Shown: piece after piece, positions 26,430 through 38,768 of the stretch
Position numbering within the stretch: position 1 is the first letter of the stretch
Layout: the number at the start of each line of letters is the position of its first letter
Assembly (NCBI GenBank): GCA_017499595.2
Contig: CM039000.1
Location: forward strand, 1,922,001 to 1,986,000
Reading direction: 5' to 3'
Length of the DNA: 64,000 bases
Source: Psilocybe cubensis
Lineage: Eukaryota
Notes under the pieces: model-generated
The model's input: only the letters and a program-made list of their open reading frames with translations
Databases searched by the model: none
What the model was told of the DNA's origin: nothing
Made by a program: the position numbers and the translations under genes

Positions 26430-26440
26430 CACGTGACTCA
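26430..26440. promoter_or_regulatory. Overlapping E-box (CACGTG) and Gcn4/AP-1-type site (TGACTCA) upstream of ATG9
   Basis: CACGTGACTCA about 125 bp upstream of the ATG9 start codon. Confidence 0.35.
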
Positions 26441-26656
26441 CCTCCACTCATTTCGGGAGCGGAGTCGGGACGCGACGAAAGGAAACCTATTTCGATCTCG
26501 AAAATCAAAAAGAAATTTGTGAAAAAGGTCAATGATGTTACATTTATTTCATTTTAGATATTTAGTAAATCACAATTCGTAATCCTACGATGTGAAAAAG
26601 ATATCGGTTCAAGCTACTTTTGAGTGTTGTTTACAAAAAAATCCGTTACATGTCCT

Positions 26657-29243
26657 TTAGTTCTTCAATACCAAGTCCAATTTACTTGCCGCGGCCAATA
26701 CTGCCTTGATCCCAGACGCGGTGATATCATTGTCGACAGCAACACCCCAGGCGCGTGTCTTTTTCAATTCAGAGACCTCATACGTGAGTTCAACGTAAGA
26801 CGCTGCATTAACTTCAGCGCCTTCTCCGATCGAGTGTTCAGAATATTCCCGGATTGTAAGAGTCCCCGATACAAAGGAGTGTAGAGCTGATAGAACAGAA
26901 GATAGGGGACCGTTTCCTTCACCGGTGATCGAACGTTTCTCGCCATCTACAACGACGTCTCCTATAAATTGGCGGCGACCACCTTCCCCAATATGCTCCA
27001 ATTTAAAGTTACCAAGAGCAAGCCTGTTGTCGGCGGTACCTGATGGATGGAAGCCGTATGTTGACTGGAAAAGCTCGGTCAAAGCACCCAGAGAGATCTC
27101 GCCACCGGTTTCGCCAGCAGCTCGTTGAGCAACCTCGAAGAAGGCTGACTGAAGGCGACGCGGTAGTTCGAGGCCAAGGGAGTTGACAATGACACTGGAA
27201 ATGTCCGCCTGGCCAGAACGAGCGTTGAATCCAACACTCAGCTTGAGTTCAGGCAGAGGGCGGTCGCCGATGGCAAGGTTGACCGCACTCAGAAGGGCAC
27301 GTAGACCGGAGCCAGCGATGTCAGAGTCCAGGCCAACACCCCACCATGATTGAGCAGACTTGCGGTCACCTGCAGGCACAACCTCGACGTAGGAGGCTGC
27401 TTTCACATCCTTGCCCTCTCCGACGGAATGCTCCGTGTAATCTCGAATCGTCAAGTCGATGTCTAGGTGGACTCGTAGGGCATCCAACAGGGCAGATAGG
27501 GGCCCATTTCCATCTCCTCTAATCACACGGTACACGCCATCAACTGCCAGGGTTCCGTCGAATCTACGGCGTTCGTCGGGTGTCTCTTCAGATTCATCTG
27601 CAGGATCTTCTGAAGGCTCCGTGGATATCTTGAAGTTGCGAAGAGCCAATCTGCCCTGGTACTTGGGTCCTCCGAAGTGGTAGGTGGTGCGGAATGCAGT
27701 AGTGATATCGTCGACCGTCATTTCGCGAGCCTCCCTGTCTGAAATAGCCTGGACAACCTGGTAAAACGCGATCTGCATCTTTCTTGGGAGATCCAGGTGC
27801 AGATGTTGTTTGATGAGGTATGCAATTCCACCCTTGCCGGATTGTGAGTTGACTCTGATGACAGCTTCATAGTTCTGACCAAGGTCGGCGGGGTCGATGG
27901 GAAGGTATGGAATATCCCAATATTGAGGCTCTCCTTTGGCAGCAGCCTCCGCGTGTTTGATCTTTTGTGCCTCGAATCCTTTTTTGATGGCGTCTTGGTG
28001 CGATCCAGAAAAGGCAGTGAAGACAAGTTCTCCGGCATATGGATGACGCGGGTGGATAGGAAGGTCGTTGCACTGTGTCACGGTGTCGATAGCAGTTTGG
28101 ATATCACTGAAGTCCAATCCAGGATGAATTCCCTGAGTGTATAGATTGAGGGCGAGATTGACGAGATCGACATTTCCAGTGCGTTCGCCATTTCCAAAGA
28201 AGCATCCTTCGACGCGATCCCCTCCAGCCAGCTGACCCAGTTCAGCAGCCGCAATACCAGTACCTTGACCGCATAGTCAGTAACAGTAGATTCGATTAGG
28301 AAGAAACTATATTTTTACCTCGATCATTATGAGGGTGTAAACTAACAATAACCTTCTCTCGCTCAGAAATTTTGTTGCAGAAATTTTCGATCTAGAAATG
28401 GCATCATTGATTCATTGTCAGATGAAAAGACACTCCAGACTAACCTGATCAGCGTAATGATTTGGGGGGGCGATCTCAACGGTCGCGGGCAAATTGAAAA
28501 TGATTCGATCCTCTCCAGTGCCTGCCTTCCCCCATGCTGCCTTGACTGCCTCGCATACCTCCAGAGCAAAGTCAGGTTCAGTTTGAGTGAACGTTTCCGG
28601 GCTGTATTCATACTTGAACACAGTCCCGTACTTGGCTGTGCACTCTTCCGTCAGTCTTCGCACAAGTTTAGTATGCTCGACAGCAAGTTCGATCGTCTTC
28701 TCCTTGGAGTTTCTGAATACGACGTTACGGAATGTGGGAGAAGTTGCATTGTACATGTGCAGAATAGCTTTCTTGCACCCTGCTACTGAGTCGATCGTGC
28801 GTCTGATGAGATCTTCCCTGGCAGGGGTCAAGACCTAAATTGTACTGTCAGTTTGAATGAAATTCAGAGGAACAAGGAAACAGACCTGGATCCAGACGTC
28901 ATCTGGCACTTCATTGTTTTCTACAAGCCCCCGAACGAACATGAAATCGGTATCACTCGCGGCAGGGTATGCAACTTCGATCTGTTTAACACCGCACTTA
29001 ACGAGCTCTCTGAAGAAAACAGTCTTCTGTTCGATGGTCATAGGATTGGCAAGAGCCTGGTTTCCATCGCGCAAGTCGGTCGAGAGCCAGATCGGGGCCT
29101 TGGTCAATGTTTTCGACGGCCACTTGCGATCAGTGAGGTTCAAAGGAGTGTATCCCTTATACTTTTGGGAAGGATCGGTACTACAAAGAGTGCGGTATTA
29201 GATAGAAACGAGGGCAACAAGACAGAACTTACAGCATAGGCAT
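26657..29243 (-). CDS. LEU4: 2-isopropylmalate synthase with duplicated C-terminal regulatory module
   Basis: [49 protein letters not shown]; two GNGPLS..YxEHS..AASYVE..WGV modules. Confidence 0.95.
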
Positions 29244-29352
29244 GGTCGGGAATAGAGAAAGAAAGAAGAAGCGAAAGTCCGAAGGGAACTGGAATCGTTT
29301 TTTGCTAAGGCATAATGGCTAAATTTATACCTGGTTGCATGTGACAATGAAA

Positions 29353-29358
29353 TGACTC
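29353..29358. promoter_or_regulatory. Gcn4/Cpc1-type site in the LEU4-GUS1 divergent promoter
   Basis: TGACTC (context ATGACTCG) in the 188-bp spacer between the two start codons. Confidence 0.4.
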
Positions 29359-29431
29359 GATCATTAGAGGCCAGATCTTATCAATTGCCGACCATGTATT
29401 CTAGATCTATTTTCCTCCTACTACTCTCACC

Positions 29432-32111
29432 ATGGCCTTCATTTTAACGGTCCCTACCAAGGCGTCCCCTTTTCCCTATGCAGCAGCAGCCATCGCAGCA
29501 TATTCTGGTAGAGCCGAGGTTACCTTTGACGATGCCGCTACTTCTGCATCCTTAGTTGTGGGCGATTCTGTAATCAACGAAGAAGATGCCATTATCCAAC
29601 AGATCGCTAAAGAGACAAGCCTCGCAAGCGACAGCGCAAATGTATTTGAGTAATATCACGTCATCCTGCACAACATTCTCATAGGCTGTCATTAGACTCC
29701 AACTTTTTTCGAGCAAGGAACAAACTTGCGAACGCTCGCGGTCTTTTCGGACATCGTCGCGGCGCTCGACTCGCTCGATGACCATCTCGCGTTTCGAACC
29801 TTTTTAGTGAGCCATGAACCTTCTGCAGCAGATTGGGTTGTTTGGGGTGCTATTAAAGGTAGGTGTTTGACACGTCAATTTCAGCAGTAATTCATAAGAC
29901 GCGTATACAGGAAACATCAAGATCTTAGGGCTTCTCAAGAATAACCAACATATTCACCTTGCTCGTTGGTTCTCACATTTAGAATCTTTGAAATCCACGC
30001 AGACCCTACTTTCCGATCTGACGAATGCCAAGGCAAACAAGGCTCGTTCAAACAAAACTGCTGCTGGTTTTGCCCTAGGGCTCCAAGATGCTAAGGATGG
30101 ACAAGTTGTTACACGCTTTCCTCCTGAGCCTTCGGGTTACTTGCACATCGGCCACGCAAAAGCCGCCATGTTAAATCAGTACTTTGCGAAGATGTATCAC
30201 GGAAAATTGATCATCAGGTTCGATGACACCAATCCTTCAAAGGAACGAGTAAGTTAGCCACGTAAAGTGTTAACGTACTTTATCTCATCCACTCTCAGTC
30301 TGAATTTGAAGAAACTATCCTTGAGGATCTACAACTTCTTGACATTCATGGAGACGTGGTAACGCATACCTCCGACCATTTTGAAACCCTCTATAACTAT
30401 GCAGTCAAATTAATCAAGGAAGGAAAAGCATATGCAGATGATACTGAACAACTTCAGGTAAACATTCTAAATTAATCATTCAAGCTGTTTTCTGACCTAA
30501 AATGATAGATGCGTGAAGAGCGCTTCAATGGAATTGCGTCTAAACACAGGGACGACAGCCCTGAGGAGAACTTGAAACACTTTGAAGAGATGAAAGCTGG
30601 CACGACTGAAGGTCAACGATGGTGTATTCGTGCAAAGATTAGCGTGGACAATCCCAATAAAGCGATGAGAGACCCAGTCATCTACAGATGTAATGTTTTG
30701 CCTCATCACCGCACAGGGTATGTCTATTCAATCGATATGTTGTTTTGCGAACACTAAATCAATTTTCACTTTAGGGACAAATGGAAAGTCTACCCAACTT
30801 ACGATTTTGCTTGCCCCATCGTGGATTCAATAGAGGGAGTTACCCATGCTCTGAGGACAAATGAATACCGGGACAGAAATGCTCAATATTTCTGGATGCT
30901 CGAGGCTGCCGGGGTTCGAAAGGTCAACATCTGGGACTTCAGGTGACGTGTCTATTGGCTCGTGATCTAACAATATAAGCTAAACTACATCTAACAGTCG
31001 GCTTAATTTCATTTATACGCTCCTCTCAAAGCGCAAGCTGCACTGGTTCGTAGATCAGAAACTGGTTGGCGGATGGGATGATCCCAGATTCCCTACAGTC
31101 CGAGGTATCTACCACACTGAACAATTTTTGGGCGTCATTTTTCATATTCTCTCCAGGTATTCGAAGGCGTGGCATGACTGTCGAGGCACTTACCCAATTC
31201 ATGCTGGCGCAAGGTCCTTCCCAAGCAGCTGTGTCCATGGAGTGGGATTCTATTTGGACAACGAACAAAAAGATAATCGATCCTGTTGCTCCTCGTTTTT
31301 GGGCTATAACCAAAGACAAAGCGTAAGTCAAATTTAGTTCTCCGATTAAACCAGAAAACTAACAATCAACAGCGTACGGGTTACTATCAATGGAGGACCT
31401 TCCACTCCTGAAGTAAAATCTGTCCCGAAACATAAGAAAAACCCCGATGTCGGGGAGAAGAAAACAGTGTATTCCTCTTCGATCTTGATTGAACAAGAAG
31501 ATGCTCAATCATTCGATTACGAAGCAAATGAAGAGGTCACTCTCATGGATTGGGGCAACGCAATCGTCAGGTCTAAGGAGGTTGACGCCTCTGGAGTCAT
31601 TACATCCATTACAATGGACCTTAATCTCGAGGGTGATTTCCGCAAAACCAAGAAGAAGATCACCTGGCTCGCTCAATCAACCACTGACCACCCTATCCCA
31701 TCTGTTACTCTTGTTGACTTCGACTATCTTATCACCAAGAAGAAGTTGGAGGAAAATGATGATGTTGCTGACTTCGTCACGCCTGTCTCGGAGTTCAAGG
31801 AATTCGCTTTCGCAGATGCCAATGTTCTCGAGCTCAAAAAAGGCGACATCATCCAATTCGAACGCAAGGGATATTACATTTACGACAACGAAGTCAACGG
31901 CGAGCGTGAATTCTTCAAAATACCTGATGGTCGCTCAGCAGGCATCGCCAGCAAAGCGGGTCCACCTACTCCTGCTCCTGCATCGAAAAAGTCCGGCACA
32001 GAAATTCAGCCAGTCTCGTCTATGTATACTCTGGAAAAGATTTACGGAGATGATATCAACTCTGATTCGGCCTCTCAAATGTACAAAATGGATAGCATTT
32101 ACAAGGTGTAA
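29432..32111 (+). CDS. GUS1: Cytosolic glutamyl-tRNA synthetase
   Basis: [52 protein letters not shown]-like N-terminus. Confidence 0.95.
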
Positions 32112-32369
32112 CTAGATCCTTCACTTGATTAGACGTGGCCAAATATATACACTGTACACGCTTAGAGAATTCCTTTGCTGAAAAAATTACACACCTTGTA
32201 ATAGTAATAGTAATTCCACTAATGCACTGCATGTTCGCTGAAGAGCGTGACTTGCCGCTGGAACCTAATCGGCCTTGTTACTGCTCTTTCGCCTCTATGT
32301 GTGTTTCAAATTCGGGCGTTCGACTCTCATTCCACATCTCTTCAGGTCCAAAGCCTTGCGTGATTTATC

Positions 32370-33855
32370 ATGCTGAACATTACTCAGACTGAACCAAGTC
32401 ACTGGAAATATGTTTCCGAAGGAGGCGCTACAATCGTATTCTCGTATTGCGGGCCCCCTCACCCAGAATTTGATGGCATGGTACTGCGTTTGAGGAAGTC
32501 GATTGTTCCTGTAATTGGTTCTGGGAAGGAGAAGGTCGTCGATTCACCACAACAGGGCGAGGAGCCTGATGATCCAACAATCGAATACCAAACAAGGTGC
32601 ATGGAGAGATTGATACCCAAGGAGCATCTCCCTCGATTGCAAACTGTTATCTTGGAAAGAGCGTGGCTAGAAAATTTAGTTGAATTGCAAGATCCTATTA
32701 GGCCGCAGGATCGAAGAGCAAAGGATGAAGTGGATCTGGACAGGAAGAAAGGTGTATTAGCTACAGATCTTGTGGGGGGCAATTGGTTGGCAATTGAAAT
32801 TAAGGTCAGTCCGAGTGCGTCTGTGAAAATGCCCTGGCTAATGGGATAGTTTCATTTTATGCACTCAAGCCTAAATGGGCCTTTTTACCATCGCCTATTC
32901 ACTTATCTGACGAAACGAAAGCAGTGAAAACCCAGACCTGTCGCTTTTGCATGCAAACTCATCTGAGAGTTCACCAAGGACAACCAAATATTACCGATTA
33001 CTGTCCCCTTGATTTGTTTTCAGGTGATGAAGGTCGTATTTCCAAGGCTATCCGCAGCTTATGGGCAGGTTGGGTTGCGAGCGGTGCAACTGCTAACAAT
33101 TTAAAGATATTTTCTAGAGGGAAATTTGTGATTCCTTCCGAAGCAAGTTGGCCATCTTCTTCCCATTTCTTACTCTGACTTTCTATCTTCAGGCCAAATT
33201 AATGTTGAAGGATGGCCAGAACGTCAATGCTGAGTTAAACGATATACGAGATGCGCTTACTATTGCACTTCGACGACCGTTGATGCGAACACCCGTTTTG
33301 CGTATTATTTCAAGATTACAAAGGACTCTTGATGTCCTGGATATCGAAGGCCTTTCAAGACTATGGCGGTCGACTGAAGCCTCTATGCCGCTTTACCGAT
33401 CAACATTCGCTTCGTTTTTTGAACAGCAAGGTACGGGTGCTCAGCCCATACCCCCTTCTACCCCAATAGGTGTGAGCTCTCTATTTCTACAAGCTCCAGA
33501 GCCGGACATTTCGGACTGGAACGACTTCTTGAATGTCTATTTGTCTCAAGACAGGCCACAACTTGATCACTCGAATCCCTCTCCTGAGAATCTTCGCGAA
33601 TATCTCATGGCATATCTGCTTTCCGCCACATTCAAGGACTGCTCCATTATTGTCAAACTTGACTTCTTGGACCTTTCAAATCCTAGCGAACAAATAACTT
33701 CTGTTCCGGAATCGGTGACCGTCATTGATCTCGATCCGAAGAGCATGAAGAAATTGAAGGGCTGGGAGAAAATGGATCAGGAGATTGCAACTACTTATGC
33801 CACTTCTGCTAAGCAAAGAAAGGTATGTATTGATCAATGGCAAGAATGCCGATAA
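32370..33855 (+). CDS. IPK1: Inositol-pentakisphosphate 2-kinase
   Basis: YVSEGGATIVF, IEIKPKW, CRFCMQ, YCPLDLFSG, NNLKIF, LLSATFKDCSI, IDLDPK. Confidence 0.88.
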
Positions 33856-34305
33856 TGGTTGCTATTATGAGATCGTCCTGAATTTGGAGCATACGGTTTT
33901 TGATGCCTTTTTAATGATTCGAGACAAATTCGAGAGCTCTACTTACATTTTACGACAAGTTGCGCACAGACTGCGTTGCGGGTGTCATTCTATTTTATAT
34001 CCTCTTATCTCAAGCCATGTTTTGACATATAATCGAACATTTGATTATTGCATATCAGCGCATGATCGTGTTACTGACTTGTATCATGCTCATGTTCCAT
34101 GTTATTACAGGAAAATGGAAGATATTTTCAAATGTTGAAACAGGATACCTGACCTCTGTTGACCTAACCTTGCTATAGGGTTCCAGTACACGCATGACCT
34201 CATCATCACTTGAATCTGTCGGGTTAGTTCCGGTCCCCGGATAAGAGGGGCAGCTTTGGACTTGCTTATTTACCCCACATTTACCCCAGCATCAATTCTG
34301 CTGCT

Positions 34306-36105
34306 ATGATTCCAATACGTCCTATCTTCGTAAAGCGCTTCCCAAGACGCGTTGGACATCTTCCAACCACGATTCATCCGATCTCGATGACTGCAAATCC
34401 GTTTAGGCTGAACCAACAGAAACGAAACGCGTCGTTCTACAACAATGATATCGCAGGGCTTACCGAAGAGGAGGCAGAGGTATTGTATCATTTAGTACTA
34501 TGCGCGCAACAACACTCTAACGATACTATTTAGTTTAGAAATGCTGTAGTTGAATTCGCCGAGAAGGAAGTTGCACCTCGAGCCGAGGAGGTCGACAAAA
34601 ACAACAAATTTCCCGACGTGTGTTGGTCTATTTTTTAGTAGACCTACTCAAGGCTTATGTGTATTGTAAACACAGGATCTTTGGGAGAAGTTTGGGTCTA
34701 TGGGGTTACTAGGAGTAACTGTATCTCCCAAATATAATGGGCTTGCTCTAGGGTATCTCCATCATACCATCGCCATGGAGGCACTTTCAGCTGCTTCGGG
34801 TTCTGTGGCCCTTTCCTACGGAGCTCACTCGAATTTATGTGTCAATCAAATTCACCGACATGGCACGGACGAACAGAAGCAAAAATATTTGCCCGACCTG
34901 GTATCTGGTAAAAAGGTTGGAAGCCTGGCTATGAGTGAGCCAGGCAGTGGCAGCGATGTTGTCAGCATGCGTTTGAAAGCTGACAAGGTGGAAGGAGGCT
35001 GGGTACTAAATGGGACCAAATTTTGGTGAGATATACTTGCGAACAATTGCGACGCAGCTTATGAACGATCTTACCAAATACCAAACTCTTAGGATTACAA
35101 ATGGTCCTGTTGCTTCAACGCTAGTGGTGTACGCTAAAACAAGTCCCGAAAAGGGCTCAAAAGGAATCACAGCTTTCATCATTGAGAGGGGATTTGAGGG
35201 CTTTTCATCGAGCCCTAAACTTGATAAATTTGGTATGCGAGGAAGCGACACATGCGAACTTGTATTTGAAAATTGCCGGGTTCCCGATGGTATGTGCACC
35301 TATGTTTTCTGTCTACAATTCATTTTATTAACTTTGAAATGTAGAAAACGTTCTTGGAGCTGTGGACAAAGGAGCCGCTGTCCTTATGTCTGGTTTGGAT
35401 CTAGAACGAATCGTTCTCAGCGGCGGACCACTCGGGTACTTTTATTCCATTTAAATATACCCTGAGTGGGGCTGATTCTGTTCGAAAGGTTAATGCAAGC
35501 GGCCTTCGATTATGCTGTGGAGTATGTACACGAGCGGAAGCAATTTGGCCAACCAGTGGGGACTTTCCAGCTAATGCAAGGTCTGTAAACTGATCATAAT
35601 CCGCTCAAGATCATATCGGCTCATAGTTTATCACAGCCAAGATAGCTGACATGTATACCAAACTGAATGCAAGTCGTTCCTATGTATACGCTGTTGCACG
35701 TGCCTGCGACCGAGGACAGATTAGTCGCAAGGTGAGCATGTCACAGTGTGGCCGAGAACGATTATCGAATTCCGAAGTGGATTTATGTGTAACCGCTTCG
35801 CAACAGAGCTAATCTAATTTTTTTTTTACATTACAGGATTGTGCAGGCGCAATTCTCTACTCGACCGAGAAGGCTGTCGAGGTTGCTTTGGAAGGAATGC
35901 AGTGTTTTGGTGGCAATGGCTACATAAATGGTTGGTCTATCTACTGAAATTGACACTGAATTTGTATGTAACCATGTATTCAGATTACCCGATAGGTCGC
36001 ATAGTGCGAGATTCTCGACTATATACTGTTGGAGCAGGATCTCAGGAAATTAGGCGAATGCTAATTGGGCGAGAGTTCAATGAACAGTTTAAGCGTTCAA
36101 GCTGA
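34306..36105 (+). CDS. IVD: Isovaleryl-CoA dehydrogenase, mitochondrial
   Basis: Arg-rich presequence, [49 protein letters not shown]. Confidence 0.92.
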
Positions 36106-36779
36106 GCGCTCAATGTGCAACTTTGTCAAGCGGAAGCCTTCATATCTGTGATTTTGTTCAAAAACTAGTACGACGCAGTATTTGTAGCCGGGTTTAAGTT
36201 GAAGTAGCTTTTCACTGGTTAACTTTTATCATGTAAATTGGTTTTGTTAGGGCCGTAGTACTACAAACAGTTTTCTTGCTTGACTTTTGAGGGACTGCTA
36301 AAGCATTTAATAATGTACATATGAAACATACACTTATTATTTTATAGGCTCCAGATGAAAGCTTCGGATCGTGGTAATGAAAAAATTAGCTTGTTTTCCG
36401 GTTTGTTCCAGTTCGCCGCGCGTTCTCTATATGGAAAATCAGTAGTCGCTGAGTTTAAATTTATGTAAAAGCGCATGTAAATAGTACACTTTACTACACC
36501 CGTAACAAGCGCTCGGAATAACTTGGCGCGTTTTTCTAGCCCATCTACTTAATTGATCCTGGGGTTCTTTTTTATTCCCTTAAAATGAGTAAACAAACAT
36601 TCTATTCGCCTGCACTTGTGAAAATATCCTCAGCACTGACGTTTATTCTGACAACCTCCAAAGTCAGCTGGTTCACTCTCGTCCGGTGTTCAAGTTCGCC
36701 TGGTCTGAAATAACTTTTCTTGTCAGCCGTCGCAACGTTTACCGCTTTTCCTTCTCGTGGGCTTTCTTTTGTTACTCTC

Positions 36780-38256
36780 ATGTTCTTTCAAAAGGATGCC
36801 TCTCCTAGAAATGGCGACAGCGACTTTCAAAATGCCGTAATTGGTGTTGATTTGCGCCAGAGCAAACATTCGGACAGCGGTGTTACACCATCTGATCACA
36901 GTTGGCGAACAGAAGGGAGTGAACTTTCACGAGAGTACTCGACAGGAACGTCTCCTGACTCTCATGAAAGTAACAAAGAAACACCCTCTCCAAAATCCCC
37001 TTCACACCAACTACACTCGGTCAAACCCCAGCCTTCAGGTCGCCAAAGGACCTCTCAGGCTTGCGATAAATGTCGAGAACGCAAAACCAAGGTGCGCATG
37101 GGTTTTTCCTGAATTTTTATACTGACCAAATCAAAACACATCCATAGTGTTCTGGACATCGGCCTGTGTGCCTACGGTGTACCAACAGAGGTCTCATTTG
37201 TGAGTATACGATGCGTGAGTCAAGATCGCGTACTCCTGCTCGTTCACGGGTGGCCGTTGTTTCGGAAATCCCTCAAGCCGATTATGCTGGGCAAGGAAGG
37301 CCAACTCCTGCCCATCACTCTCGGAATGGGGGTGGCCGAACCAACGCATTTGCACCTCCGACTAGGTCTTACACAGGCACACCTGCGACCCAAACTACAT
37401 CAAGACCTTTGCTTCCTAACCCATCAGCTAATAGCACAACGGAACCCACCGTTCGTAACATTTCTGTCCAACAAAGTCATCGCCCTTACCAACCCCGACA
37501 ACTTCCTGATACGTCTACATCCAACCCATACAGCGGCCATGCACCTGTTGCATCTCCCAATGCATCTTATGACACCAAGGGAGCATGGTCGTTGTATGAC
37601 TCGTCATTCGACCTGAACTATAGCTTTGAGTTGCCGTCTGGTGACAATGACCTATTTCAACCTTCTCATCATTCGTCAAGCGGACATGATGAGCGCCAGA
37701 CTATGCACTCGGCACTTGCTAGTATATCTCTTCCTCAGTCTTCTCTTCGTTTTGACTATGACTTGTCTAGGTAAGTTTCATTACTACCCTGGGCGCCATT
37801 GTCTTTACCGAATTTCCAAAGCCTTTTACTCCCTCCCACACCTGCGTCTCACAGACAGCATAACTTTGACGAGAGGTCTGGGCAGGCATATTCATGCTCG
37901 CCAAACGAAGATACATCTTACTACATACCACCATATACCAAATCCACATGTTGAGCTGCCATTTTTTTTATCTAATACGTGTAGAGTTGACACCTTTCGT
38001 AGACTTTCAAGGGGGTTTTCCGGACCCAATGTACCACGTCAATGGCAACATTGATTCCACATCCACACTCTCAACGACTCCAATGGGATCGCAGCTGGAG
38101 TTGGCCTGCCCAACACCTTCTATCCCTCTGAATCCTGCAGCTTTTCGGGACGTCGGAGGGACTTGTGGCGGAAGCTTCGAATTTAACCCACCCCCGGAAT
38201 TTCGATACACCTCACCGCCTCTGGTCAACGGCGGAGTCGACTATTTTGGATGCTAA
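36780..38256 (+). CDS. Zn(II)2Cys6 transcription factor with low-complexity C-terminus
   Basis: RTSQACDKCRERKTK|CSGHRPVCLRCTNRGLICEY split by an intron; 3' exon structure uncertain. Confidence 0.8.
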
Positions 38257-38768
38257 GTCGCTGTCGCGCCTTGGTTACCCATATGTTTACCTTTGTCCAA
38301 GTTCTTTCCTTGCTGTCGTGTTTTTTGGATCGCTTGCATATTATGACGGTTGTTGTTAACCTCATTCTTTGGTTGCCCATTTATCACAGGATATCAATTA
38401 TGTTTATAATGTTATTGTTCATACTTTATTTTGCCGTTTGTTGGCGCAAAGGCCGTTGTTCTGGCCTAATAACTAACTGTGTCATTTTGCACAGTTCCTG
38501 TTGCGTACCCTCTCTTAAATCGATATCAAGTACCATCTACATCCTTAGATTATGATATATATACCAACTAGTTTGTCGTAAATCGAATAATATATACATT
38601 TATTAGAAATACAATTGATAGTTACAGTACAAGCTATGGATACAGCAGGATTGAGTGAGATACAATACATTGAGTACAAGATATTCGGATGTTACATAAA
38701 AATAAATTATCTCATGAGCATGCGTGGGGCATCAGAAAGCAAATCGGTATCGGTTGTCCGATCGAGGT

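Noticed and set aside
36585-36713. 42-codon ORF upstream of the Zn2Cys6 gene
   Set aside because: Length compatible with chance; no evidence that it lies within the transcript
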